Counted from the first letter of the stretch, positions 16,626 through 25,073 are shown. The stretch: 32,000 nucleotides of DNA from Nostoc punctiforme PCC 73102 (GCF_000020025.1 NC_010628.1:4560001-4592000), one strand, 5' to 3'. The notes: generated by a model not told the origin, from the letters alone. Program-made: numbers and translations.

Positions 16626-19091
16626 ATGAAACTTTTAACGATTGACACCAAAAACAATTGTTACGTTATTGACGCTAATGCAATGAACCACCTGCAACAA
16701 GATGTTGCTAGCACTTTTACTTTGGAGAAAGGGACTTTTGATATAAGAATTACCAGTGGTCGCTATAGTTATGCTCAGAGCGAAACTGAAGGCGAACCTT
16801 TGGTTGTACTTTGGATATATGGGGCTGATAGCAGTACATTTATCAACAAAAACACAGGCACTGAAACAGGTGCAACTTGGACAACTTTAAACGGATACAA
16901 CAAGAAATTACAGTTGGAAGTCAAAGGAAAAACTGTTATTTGTGCTTTATTTTTTGATGTTAACAATAGTGAGAACAAAGGATCGATCAATCTTTTAGTT
17001 AGCAGCAATAAACCACATTTTAATCCTCAAACTATAACAGTTGACAGTAAGCAAAACTGTTATGTTCTTGATGAAAAAGTTATATCCAATCTGAAGCAAC
17101 CAAGTTCCAATTTTGTTGAATTGGAACCAGGCAATTACAAGATAAAGATTCGTGAAAGCAACGCTACTTATTGGTCTTCTGAGCAAAGATTTCAATTAGA
17201 GCCTTGGGCTTTGCTATGGATTAAAGATGGGAAATTTGTTTCTAACCTTACTGGTCTTGAAGTTAAAGAAACTTGGTGTTCGCTCAATGGATTACAAGAC
17301 GAATTCATTTTAGAAGTTAAAGAAAAAACCACTATTTTAGGATTTTTCTTTGATACCTACAAAGAAGATAACAAAGGACAAGTTGTTCTAGAAATTAACA
17401 CAGTGAGTCAGGCTGTAGTAACTACAGGCTATGACAATCAGCCGAAACCGCCAGTAACAGGAGTGCCAGACGGTAATGTGAATGAAGAAGGCAATGTCAC
17501 TGTTGTAAGCACTGGAGGAACAGGTTCTGCTATCAGTAGTGGAGGAGGAAGCTTCAGTGGAGGAAGTAGCTTCAGCGGAGAGAATGCTTTCAGCTTCAGT
17601 TTCGATCAAGATCAGATGGAGCGAATGTGGCAAGAGATGTCAGCCAGGCTCGAAAGCTCAGTAAGCGTAACGGCTCAAAAAGACGAAAATAAACAAGCCT
17701 ACTGGGAAGGTCTTGAAAAATCGATACTCAAAGGCTATCAAAGCCAAGCTAAGCAACTTGCCATGCAGGTAGCACGGCTTGAGTTCATGATGAAGACTCT
17801 GATACAACAAACGGAGGTAAATTTTAACCAAAGCTTCCAAGGTTGGTCTAGTTACTTTAATAAAAATCTCAATGACTTGTTTATTACGAGAATTCCCAGA
17901 ATAGTTAACGATCAGGTCCATCTGGCAATTACTGAACAAACCCAAGAAGTTAAAAACTTAGTAATTCAACAGATACAAACAGAACTCAATGAGCGTGTTG
18001 AGTCTGTAGTTAATCTGAAACTCACTAATCAAGCTCAAGAGATTAAGGCTTCAGTCGTTCAGCAAATGCAAACAGAACTGGAGCAACGGATAGAAAATGT
18101 CGTTAATGTCAAAATTGCTAATCAATCTCAACAGATCAGCAATCAAGTCATTAACCAGATATCAAATGACATTGACCAGCGCATTGAGAATGTGGTTAAT
18201 GTCAAAATTGCTAATCAATCTCAACAGATCAGCAATCAAGTAACTCAGCAGATACAATTTGACATCGATCAGCGTATTGATAATGTCGTCACCCTGAAAA
18301 TTTCTGATCACACCCAGGATGTCAATAATCTTGTGATTCAGCAAATGCAAACCTACATTGAGGAACGGATTGACAATGCAGTTAACATCAAAATTGCTAA
18401 TCAAGCCCAAGACATTACCACTCAAGTGGTTCAGCAGATCCAAATCAACATTGATAAGCGTATTGATGCGGTAGTTAACCTTAAAATCGCTAATCAAACC
18501 CAAAATATTAAGAGCCTGGTAGTCCAACAGATTGAAGCTGATTTCGATCAACGCATCAAGTCTGTCGTTAACCAATCTACCAATAACAATGTTCAGTTAG
18601 TCGTTAATAATGTCGCCAACGAGCTTGATAATCGCATCAATGTCAACTTAGACAATAAAATTGTCAACTTCCGCAATGAAGTATCTATGCTCGTTAACAA
18701 TGAGATTAACCAAAACTTCACGGAGTCTCTCAAAACGACGATTTTATCAGATATCAAAAAACAGCAGTTTTACATTGATATGCAGTCAATCAAAGCTGAG
18801 GTGGAGAACTTTTACGCCCGTTTAGGACAGTTTGAGAGTCAGTTATATTTTCGTATTGAACAGGGTGATACCCAACTTTATAATTGGACTCTCGAACAAC
18901 TTATTGCCCTTCAAGGTTGCTTAACCGATCGCCAAGCTCTGGTTGAGATTTTTGAGGTCTTCGCCTGTAACCTTAAAGACCAACTAAATGGTGCTGAATG
19001 TGTTCATCCTAATCGGTTTACCCCTTGGGTAAGAAGAACTTCGCAAGCACAATTTCAGCCTATGGAGCCTCAGCAACTGCCAAACGCTTAA
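16626..19091 (+). CDS. 821-aa modular repeat protein of unrecognised family
   Basis: Uninterrupted 2466-nt ORF with an ATG start. Residues 1-135 and 136-262 are paralogous domains. Residues 295-326 form a Gly/Ser-rich linker. Residues 436-652 are seven 31-aa repeats. The C-terminal ~170 aa look helical. I see no signal peptide, TM helix, lipobox or NTPase motif. Confidence 0.8.
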   Translation: MKLLTIDTKNNCYVIDANAMNHLQQDVASTFTLEKGTFDIRITSGRYSYAQSETEGEPLVVLWIYGADSSTFINKNTGTETGATWTTLNGYNKKLQLEVKGKTVICALFFDVNNSENKGSINLLVSSNKPHFNPQTITVDSKQNCYVLDEKVISNLKQPSSNFVELEPGNYKIKIRESNATYWSSEQRFQLEPWALLWIKDGKFVSNLTGLEVKETWCSLNGLQDEFILEVKEKTTILGFFFDTYKEDNKGQVVLEINTVSQAVVTTGYDNQPKPPVTGVPDGNVNEEGNVTVVSTGGTGSAISSGGGSFSGGSSFSGENAFSFSFDQDQMERMWQEMSARLESSVSVTAQKDENKQAYWEGLEKSILKGYQSQAKQLAMQVARLEFMMKTLIQQTEVNFNQSFQGWSSYFNKNLNDLFITRIPRIVNDQVHLAITEQTQEVKNLVIQQIQTELNERVESVVNLKLTNQAQEIKASVVQQMQTELEQRIENVVNVKIANQSQQISNQVINQISNDIDQRIENVVNVKIANQSQQISNQVTQQIQFDIDQRIDNVVTLKISDHTQDVNNLVIQQMQTYIEERIDNAVNIKIANQAQDITTQVVQQIQINIDKRIDAVVNLKIANQTQNIKSLVVQQIEADFDQRIKSVVNQSTNNNVQLVVNNVANELDNRINVNLDNKIVNFRNEVSMLVNNEINQNFTESLKTTILSDIKKQQFYIDMQSIKAEVENFYARLGQFESQLYFRIEQGDTQLYNWTLEQLIALQGCLTDRQALVEIFEVFACNLKDQLNGAECVHPNRFTPWVRRTSQAQFQPMEPQQLPNA
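17931..18581 (+). repeat. Seven tandem 93-bp (31-codon) coding repeats
   Basis: Units start at 17931, 18024, 18117, 18210, 18303, 18396 and 18489. The peptide consensus is [AT]NQ.Q.I...V.QQIQ..I[DE]QRI.NVVN.KI. Units 3 and 4 share a perfect 47-bp stretch (18102..18148 = 18195..18241). Confidence 0.9.
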
Positions 19092-19244
19092 TTATCCCAA
19101 CTACATATCTGACTTTTCACCCTACATTCCGCAGGTTAGTTAAGAAAGAAGATAATATTTTTGACAAGGAGCGCCAAAAAACTGGAGAATCCATCGCCGT
19201 TCATGAGTTTAGTTGGCAATTTGCTTTATTTGGGCGACGGGAAC

Positions 19245-19530
19245 GGGGTCAAATGAGCAACGGTACAGATACGCTAAGGCTGTAACCCTTACTGTACAAG
19301 CATTCTGCTAATCGATATTTTTGGCAATTCTCAATGTACCAATTAACCTATAGGCTATTTGGTGTAACCATTTAATACGGCACAGCAAGGCTTTGAAGCT
19401 CCTAAATTTCAGAGACTTCAATTGGTACAGTTTCATCCGTGGCGATGCCTGCGGCGGCAAGCTACGCAGTATTGAAAACAGCCTATTAATTCCTTAGCGT
19501 AACTTTCGGAATCACTGCTCATTTGACCCC
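19245..19530. repeat. 286-bp segment bounded by perfect 15-bp inverted repeats (possible MITE or long hairpin)
   Basis: GGGGTCAAATGAGCA (19245..19259) is the exact reverse complement of TGCTCATTTGACCCC (19516..19530). The interior contains family-B-like and GCTACGC-type repeat fragments. No target duplication is visible. Confidence 0.45.
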
Positions 19531-19645
19531 TAAAAGCAGCTAGGATTTTAGCGTCTGGTTAGCCTGATGAGCTTTTGACAGTTGATGAAATCAAGATTGT
19601 AAAAGAAGCTTGTAAAAAGTGTTCTGTTGAAAAGAAACGCATTAA

Positions 19646-19750
19646 CGCAAATTTCTCACAAACAATAAAAAATCGATTTATATGGACTGATATGAGATAT
19701 TTTTTCGATACATCACCCATTCAAATTGACGTAGATAAATAAACTAAGTA
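19646..19750 (+). repeat. ~140-bp repeat, copy 2, left part (interrupted by the IS5-type element)
   Basis: Aligns with 15707..15810 of copy 1, and the first 25 nt after CGC[A/G]A are identical. Confidence 0.7.
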
Positions 19751-21488
19751 GGGCTTGCTGAAAAAGTCATAAAAAAGCAATTCTTTTGGGTTGACTAGTT
19801 ATTTAAGCAAGGTCAAAGATAAGTTTTTGTTGCCTATAGCTAGCAAAATCATAATGCTTGGTTATGTCAATCGCTAAAAAATGTCTATTTTTCCAAAATA
19901 GACATAAAAAGGCACAAAAAAACCGTGACAGGTGAGTAGAAAGATTCATGACTAAAAAAGTAATAGCAATCACAGTTAGAGTTGTATGAGGAAGTTTCGC
20001 CATTACTCTACTCAAGCTAAATCTTCTTTTAGCTTGTCCAAATTTGCCTTCAATACAATTACGAATCCTCTCATCTTGTAAAGCTTGCTTCTTTTTTTCT
20101 TTACTCACATTTTTTGGCGGTCTTCCTAAAGGAACTCCACTGATTCTAATACCTCTTTCTTTGCACCAAGATCGGTTTTCTCGCTTTGCGATAAATTTTA
20201 TCAACATGAACAGATTCTGGATAATATCCAGTGTAGTTTTTAAAGGATTCTATTTGTGTTTTTAAGTCTCCTGATTCATTAAAGTTATCCCATCTAATAT
20301 GGTCTAAAAATGCATATCCATCAAAGTAACTAGCAGATAGTTTAGCGCCAAATTCCACGGCTTTACCCGCTTTTCCTCGGACAATTGGACGGATATGTGG
20401 TTGGCTTAAACTTACAATACGGTCATCAATGCTCTGCTTTTTATTTTCATACAGCCATAGTTGTTGACGATATACTTCTGCGACTACCAGCAACATCTTA
20501 TATTGTCTATTAGTTAAACTTTTTAGAGATGCTCCTGCTACAATTAGCTGGTCAATATAGGATAAGTTTCTTTTAATATATTGGAGTTGTTTTTTAATCG
20601 CTTTTCTCCTCTCTTTTTGAGATACACGACGTTTTTTAGCTACTTCTAAGTAGTCTTTCCTAGCTATTTCTCGGTAAGTCCTTGGTTTTTTCTCTAATAT
20701 TCCCTTTATCTGTTCATAAAGCAAGTCAATTATTCTTTCTGTCTGTTTTCTCGCTTGATTTAATAGGTTTAAATCTGTTGGATAGCTGATATCACTAGGC
20801 ACACAAGTCGCATCTAATATTAATTTCCCTCGATTTCTTAGCGTATTACCTTGTTCTGCTGCTTTTTCTGTCGATAGCGCAGCGTTAGCGAGTTCGCGAG
20901 CGTCTTCTGTTTTTTTTTCGGTGTCAATAGAAGATGCTAACTCTAGCATCTTCTTAACCATTTCTTGATTCACATTATTGACTAGTTCTGCACTGATTCT
21001 TTCTCGAAAATGTACTAACATGGATGCGTCAAATGGAGTTTTGTTACTATAAGATGACATCCCTATAAAGTACTGTAAATAAGATTCTCCTTGATTTGCT
21101 CTACTGTTTCCCTGTCGCTTATACCTAGTTTCTCTTTAATTATTAATGCACCTAACGCCATCCGAAATGACTTTGCTGGTGCCCCTATCTCTGCGGAGAA
21201 TCCGGCAGAATATTCCGACTCAAATTCTGTCCAGGGTATTAAATCGGCCATAATTACCCAACGATTATCTGATGATAACTTTCCCTCAAATGGAAGCTCA
21301 AAACTTTCTGCTGGAATTGGAGTTGATTCTTCTTTTCAGTACATAGTTAATAATGATACACTATGCTGCGACGAACCACTGTGATGCAAGGATTTTGGGC
21401 TATTTTACCTTCTTGTCTTGCACCTGAATATACTTCTTTGGTCTGAGAATCTAGAGACTGCAACCTTTTCTTTTTTTTCAGCAAGCCC
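19751..21488 (-). mobile_element. IS5-family insertion sequence (~1.74 kb), decayed
   Basis: The terminal inverted repeats are GGGCTTGCTGAAAAA (19751..19765) and TTTTTCAGCAAGCCC (21474..21488). TAAGTA is duplicated at both junctions (19745..19750 and 21489..21494). If the IRs instead include the flanking TA, the duplication is only AG. The uninterrupted copy 1 has a single TAAGTA at the equivalent site. Confidence 0.8.
19803..21251 (-). pseudogene. IS5-family transposase (DUF772 N-terminal domain plus DDE domain) broken into three ORFs by two frameshifts
   Basis: The ORFs are 21251..21063, 21060..20146 and 20207..19803. Break 1 is near 21080: the reading ...EQIKEN-LIYSTL* should continue as YLQYFIGMSSYSNKTPFDASMLVHFRERI in another frame, which looks like a 1-nt loss. 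Break 2 is near 20185: DKIYR then switches frame to RENRSWCKERGIRISGVPLGRP. The tail RNCIEGKFGQAKRRFSL is typical of IS5. Confidence 0.8.
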
Positions 21489-21528
21489 TAAGTATAAATT
21501 AGTATTTCTCAAGCTAAAACAATTACTC
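21489..21528 (+). repeat. ~140-bp repeat, copy 2, right part (right boundary of the island)
   Basis: TAAGTATAAATTAGTATTTCTCAAGCTAAAACAATT aligns with 15805..15845 of copy 1 (TAAGTATAAATTAGCAATTATCAGGCTTCAAGCAATCAAAATTT). Confidence 0.6.
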
Positions 21529-21624
21529 CCGATGCTCTCCCAAGTCTTTTAGAAGATTTTCAAACTGTTGCCAGCTAATGTCGTAAAGCATTACTCGGTC
21601 TGCTCGATTTTTAGCGACTGTCAT
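21523..21624 (-). pseudogene. Uma2-family endonuclease, N-terminal remnant (33 codons)
   Basis: The ATG at 21624 is preceded by GGAGG. The reading is MTVAKNRADRVMLYDISWQQFENLLKDLGEHRE*, matching the Uma2 N-terminal pattern L.nISW..[FY]E.LL.DLG. The reading frame ends exactly where the repeat begins. Confidence 0.65.
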
Positions 21625-21645
21625 TGTTACGACCTCCAGAATGTT

Positions 21646-21831
21646 TTATTGGCCAAACTCAAGCCTAGCCTGTTCTACCAAATCACCTGTAACAATCTCT
21701 TGACCTGCTTCACGAGCTAGCTGTTCAATTCTGGCTTTAGCTTGAGAGCGGACAAAAAAGGGAATATTTTGTAACTTTTCTTTAGCTTCTGGTGTCCACC
21801 GCAAAGCATCAATAAAATTAGAGTCGCTCAT
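21646..21831 (-). CDS. Small PCP_red-domain protein (related to the protochlorophyllide reductase 57-kDa subunit C-terminal domain)
   Basis: 61 aa with an ATG start. [51 protein letters not shown] matches the W..eA...L..IP.FVR......iE..Ar pattern. Confidence 0.7.
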   Translation of the reverse strand: MSDSNFIDALRWTPEAKEKLQNIPFFVRSQAKARIEQLAREAGQEIVTGDLVEQARLEFGQ

Positions 21832-21888
21832 AGTATTAATTCCTTTGGTAAGTCGCTGAGTTTAATCAATAGATTACTAATTTTCTTA

Positions 21889-21920
21889 TAAAAAAAGCCC
21901 TTGCTTTTACGCAAGAGCTT
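21889..21920 (-). terminator. Intrinsic terminator downstream of psbC
   Basis: The minus-strand RNA is GCUCUUGC-GUAAAA-GCAAGGGC followed by U7. This is an 8-bp stem with one G.U pair, about 45 nt after the psbC stop. Confidence 0.75.
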
Positions 21921-21961
21921 TTAAATTATTTAGTTGTCAGTGATGAAATAAACTTTATAAC

Positions 21962-23353
21962 CTAATCTAGGTCGTCCATGAACATCACTGGCTCAGTATC
22001 ACGGTTAATTCCTTTCTCAAAACCACCAGCCGCAGCCCGTGCGCGACCAGCGTGCCACAAGTGACCAACTAGGAAGAAGAATCCTAGTACGAAGTGAGAA
22101 GTTGCCAACCAAGCGCGAGGAGATACGTAGTTGAACGAGTTAATTTCGGTAGCCACACCACCCACGGAGTTCAGAGAACCCAGAGGAGCGTGGGTCATGT
22201 ATTCAGCAGCGCGACGAGCTTGCCAAGGCTGAATATCGTTCTTGATTTTTTCCAAGTCAAGACCATTGGGGCCACGTAGAGGCTCCAACCAAGGACCACG
22301 GAAATCCCAGAAGCGCATGGTTTCACCACCGAAGATGATTTCACCAGTTGGAGAGCGCATCAGGTATTTACCTAGACCTGTGGGGCCTTGGGCAGAACCA
22401 ACGTTAGCACCCAAGCGTTGGTCACGAATCAAGAAGGTCAAAGCTTGAGCTTGAGACGCTTCTGGACCGGTAGGGCCAAAGAATTCGCTAGGATAAACGG
22501 TGTTGTTGAACCAAACAAAGATCGAGGCAATAAAGCCCATCAACGACAGAGCGCCCAAGCTGTAGGAGAGGTAAGCCTCACCAGACCAGATGGATGCACG
22601 ACGTGACCAAGCAAAAGGCTTGGTAAGAATGTGGAAAATACCACCAGCAATACAGATGAAGGCAATCCAGATGTGACCACCGACCACATCTTCTAAGTTA
22701 TCAACGCTGACAATCCAGCCTTCACCACCGAAGGGAGACTTGATTACATAACCGAAGATAACTGCTGGGTTCAATGTGGGATTGGTAATAATCCGAACGT
22801 CACCACCGCCTGGTGCCCAGGTGTCATACAACCCACCGAAGAACATTGCTTTTGCTACCAATAGCAGCGCACCGAATCCCAAAATAATCAGATGGAATCC
22901 GATGATGTTGGTCATCTTGTTCTTGTCTTTCCAGTCGTAACCAAAGAAAGAAGAGTATTCTTCTAAGGTTTCTGGACCACGAACGGCATGATAAATACCG
23001 CCAAAGCCAAGAACGGCTGAGGAAATTAGGTGGAGTACACCGACAACAAAGTAGGGGAAGGTGTCGATGACTTCACCACCAGCACCAACGCCCCAACCCT
23101 GTGTAGCGAGGTGAGGTAACAGGATCAAGCCCTGTTCGTACATGGGTTTTTCAGGAACAAAGTGAGCGACTTCAAACAAAGTCATCGCTCCTGCCCAGAA
23201 TACAATCAAGCCAGCATGGGCAACGTGAGCGCCCAGAAGTTTGCCAGATAGATTGATTAAACGCGCATTACCAGACCACCAGGCAAAGCCAGTAGATTCT
23301 TGGTCGCGTCCAGTGCCGCCTAATATATTTGGTCTATTAGAGAGCGTTACCAC
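21962..23353 (-). CDS. psbC: Photosystem II CP43 chlorophyll apoprotein
   Basis: [41 protein letters not shown] and the rest of the sequence are unmistakable. The track start at 23380 is a TTG. The conserved N-terminus (M)[17 protein letters not shown] begins at the GTG at 23353, which overlaps the psbD 3' end. Confidence 0.95.
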   Translation of the reverse strand: MVTLSNRPNILGGTGRDQESTGFAWWSGNARLINLSGKLLGAHVAHAGLIVFWAGAMTLFEVAHFVPEKPMYEQGLILLPHLATQGWGVGAGGEVIDTFPYFVVGVLHLISSAVLGFGGIYHAVRGPETLEEYSSFFGYDWKDKNKMTNIIGFHLIILGFGALLLVAKAMFFGGLYDTWAPGGGDVRIITNPTLNPAVIFGYVIKSPFGGEGWIVSVDNLEDVVGGHIWIAFICIAGGIFHILTKPFAWSRRASIWSGEAYLSYSLGALSLMGFIASIFVWFNNTVYPSEFFGPTGPEASQAQALTFLIRDQRLGANVGSAQGPTGLGKYLMRSPTGEIIFGGETMRFWDFRGPWLEPLRGPNGLDLEKIKNDIQPWQARRAAEYMTHAPLGSLNSVGGVATEINSFNYVSPRAWLATSHFVLGFFFLVGHLWHAGRARAAAGGFEKGINRDTEPVMFMDDLD

Positions 23354-24392
23354 GTGGTAATACCTCCTCAGGGAATACAAATTGTTCGTGGGGTTGATCT
23401 TGAGGAGCCATCCAAGCGCGGATACCCTCGTTCAGCAAAATGTTTTTGGTATAGAAGGTTTCAAACTCAGGGTCTTCCGCCGCCCGTAATTCTTGGGAGA
23501 CGAAATCATAAGCTCGCAGGTTGAGTGCTAAACCGACGATGCCGACGGCACTCATCCACAAACCTGTGACTGGCACGAACAACATAAAGAAGTGCAACCA
23601 GCGTTTGTTTGAGAAAGCAATCCCGAAAATCTGTGACCAGAAACGGTTTGCTGTCACCATTGAATAGGTTTCTTCAGACTGGGTTGGATTGAAGGCGCGG
23701 AAGGTGTTAGCTCCATCACCGTCTTCAAATAAGGTATTTTCAACTGTGGCACCGTGAATGGCGCATAATAATGCACCACCCAATACACCAGCAACACCCA
23801 TCATGTGGAAGGGGTTGAGTGTCCAGTTGTGGAAGCCTTGCAGGAATAGCAGGAACCGGAAAATTGCAGCCACCCCAAAGCTGGGTGCAAAGAACCAGCT
23901 TGATTGTCCCAAGGGGTACATCAGAAATACGCTGACGAATACTGCAATGGGAGCTGAGAAGGCGAGGGCGTTATAAGGACGGATTCCTACTAGACGCGCA
24001 ATTTCAAATTGCCGCAACATAAAGCCAATCAAACCAAAGGCTCCGTGTAGGGCAACGAATGGCCACAAGCCACCCAGTTGGAACCAACGGGTGAGGTCGC
24101 CTTGGGCTTCTGGTCCCCACAACAGCAATAGGGAATGTCCCATGCTGTCGGCGGGGGTGGATACTGCCACTGTTAGGAAGTTAGCACCTTCTAGGTAGGA
24201 GGAGGCTAATCCGTGGGTATACCAAGAGGTGACGAAGGTGGTGCCGGTCAGCCAACCGCCTAGTGCTAGGAAGGCGCAGGGGAACAACAGTATCCCTGAC
24301 CAACCTACGAATACGAAGCGATCGCGCTTGAGCCAGTCGTCTAGAACGTCAAACCACCCTCTACTGGGCGCACGTCCAACTGCGATGGTCAT
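23337..24392 (-). CDS. psbD: Photosystem II D2 protein
   Basis: 351 aa with an ATG start. It reads [41 protein letters not shown]...[12 protein letters not shown]. Confidence 0.98.
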   Translation of the reverse strand: MTIAVGRAPSRGWFDVLDDWLKRDRFVFVGWSGILLFPCAFLALGGWLTGTTFVTSWYTHGLASSYLEGANFLTVAVSTPADSMGHSLLLLWGPEAQGDLTRWFQLGGLWPFVALHGAFGLIGFMLRQFEIARLVGIRPYNALAFSAPIAVFVSVFLMYPLGQSSWFFAPSFGVAAIFRFLLFLQGFHNWTLNPFHMMGVAGVLGGALLCAIHGATVENTLFEDGDGANTFRAFNPTQSEETYSMVTANRFWSQIFGIAFSNKRWLHFFMLFVPVTGLWMSAVGIVGLALNLRAYDFVSQELRAAEDPEFETFYTKNILLNEGIRAWMAPQDQPHEQFVFPEEVLPRGNAL

Positions 24393-25073
24393 CGGACTAA
24401 AATCCTCTTTTTTTACTAAAATTGCAACGTTTCTAAGGCAATACGGAGAGCCAATGTAACCGGCTGCCGTGAGGAATTAACGTTTTTTTTGACAATCTCA
24501 ACAGCTTAAAAGCGACTGAGATTCTGAGAAGTTGCTGACCTGTGAAATCAGCATTTGTCTTTCTTTATGCCATTACACGTACCATCGGCTAGTAATGTAG
24601 CTTGTGGTAACTTAATGATTCTTAACTTATCACACTACTCAGGGTTTTTGCCTGACACACAGAAGCAAATCAGGCATGAAACACGAACCTTATAAATAAT
24701 ATGAATATCAGAAATTTTACAATTTGACACAACTTTTCTCAGAAATGTAAGAAAATTTAGTCTAGATGGACGTAGGTAGGTAACTCATTCCCAAGAGGTC
24801 AAAAAGAGGTAGAGGGAAGGGAAGAAAGAATTTTTATCCGCCAGTGAGTAAATAAATCATATAATGTCCCCCTCACAAATAAATTATATGGGTGGCAGGA
24901 GGCAGGAGCGCAGCTGAGTTTTTGTCAACAATGTTTGGTAAAATAATCAAGCAGCAGACCCTCTAAAGTGTTCTTTAGTTGAATGACTAGCCTTCAATTT
25001 AGTCAAGTTCTGTCTAGTAGCATTCAGTGTGCGAGTATTTCACAGCGAGTATCTCACAGGCAATTGTAGTTCA

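Noticed and set aside
16775-18575. Minus-strand ORFs (66-137 aa) inside the 821-aa gene, including the repeat-rich 18162..18575
   Set aside because: They are antisense images of the coding repeats. The sense frame is uninterrupted for 821 codons, whereas these are short and fragmented.
17931-18581. Regular 93-bp periodicity as a possible CRISPR or satellite array
   Set aside because: There is no repeat-spacer alternation. The units are contiguous, in phase with a long ORF and diverge like protein repeats. No cas genes are nearby.
19025-19285. 86-aa + ORF overlapping the end of the 821-aa gene
   Set aside because: It overlaps the larger CDS out of frame, runs into repeat sequence, and has no motifs.
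19580-19750. Possible ~54-codon ORF (TTG start) running through repeat copy 2 (...INANFSQTIKNRFIWTDMRYFFDTSPIQIDVDK*), suggesting that the 140-bp repeat is coding
   Set aside because: In copy 1 the same frame has an upstream stop and no start. A 1-nt indel (TTTTTTGAT against TTTTTTCGAT) shifts the frame between the copies, and substitutions are not concentrated at third positions. The similarity is at the nucleotide level.
15707-21528. Island as a site-specific integrative element or prophage with attL/attR
   Set aside because: There are no integrase, recombinase or phage genes. The bracketing repeats are only about 70-75% identical beyond a 25-nt core and resemble a dispersed repeat rather than freshly duplicated att sites. 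I keep it only as an insertion or rearrangement of unknown mechanism.
22094-24459. Six + strand ORFs (61-76 aa) overlapping psbC and psbD
   Set aside because: They are antisense shadows within two of the most conserved genes known. Their Arg/Pro-rich composition is typical of reverse-frame reading.
24393-25028. Attempted promoter calls in the psbD / ycf4 divergent intergenic region
   Set aside because: Several TATAAT-like and TTGACA-like hexamers exist in this AT-rich region. None has convincing spacing, so I cannot support a specific site without transcription start site data.
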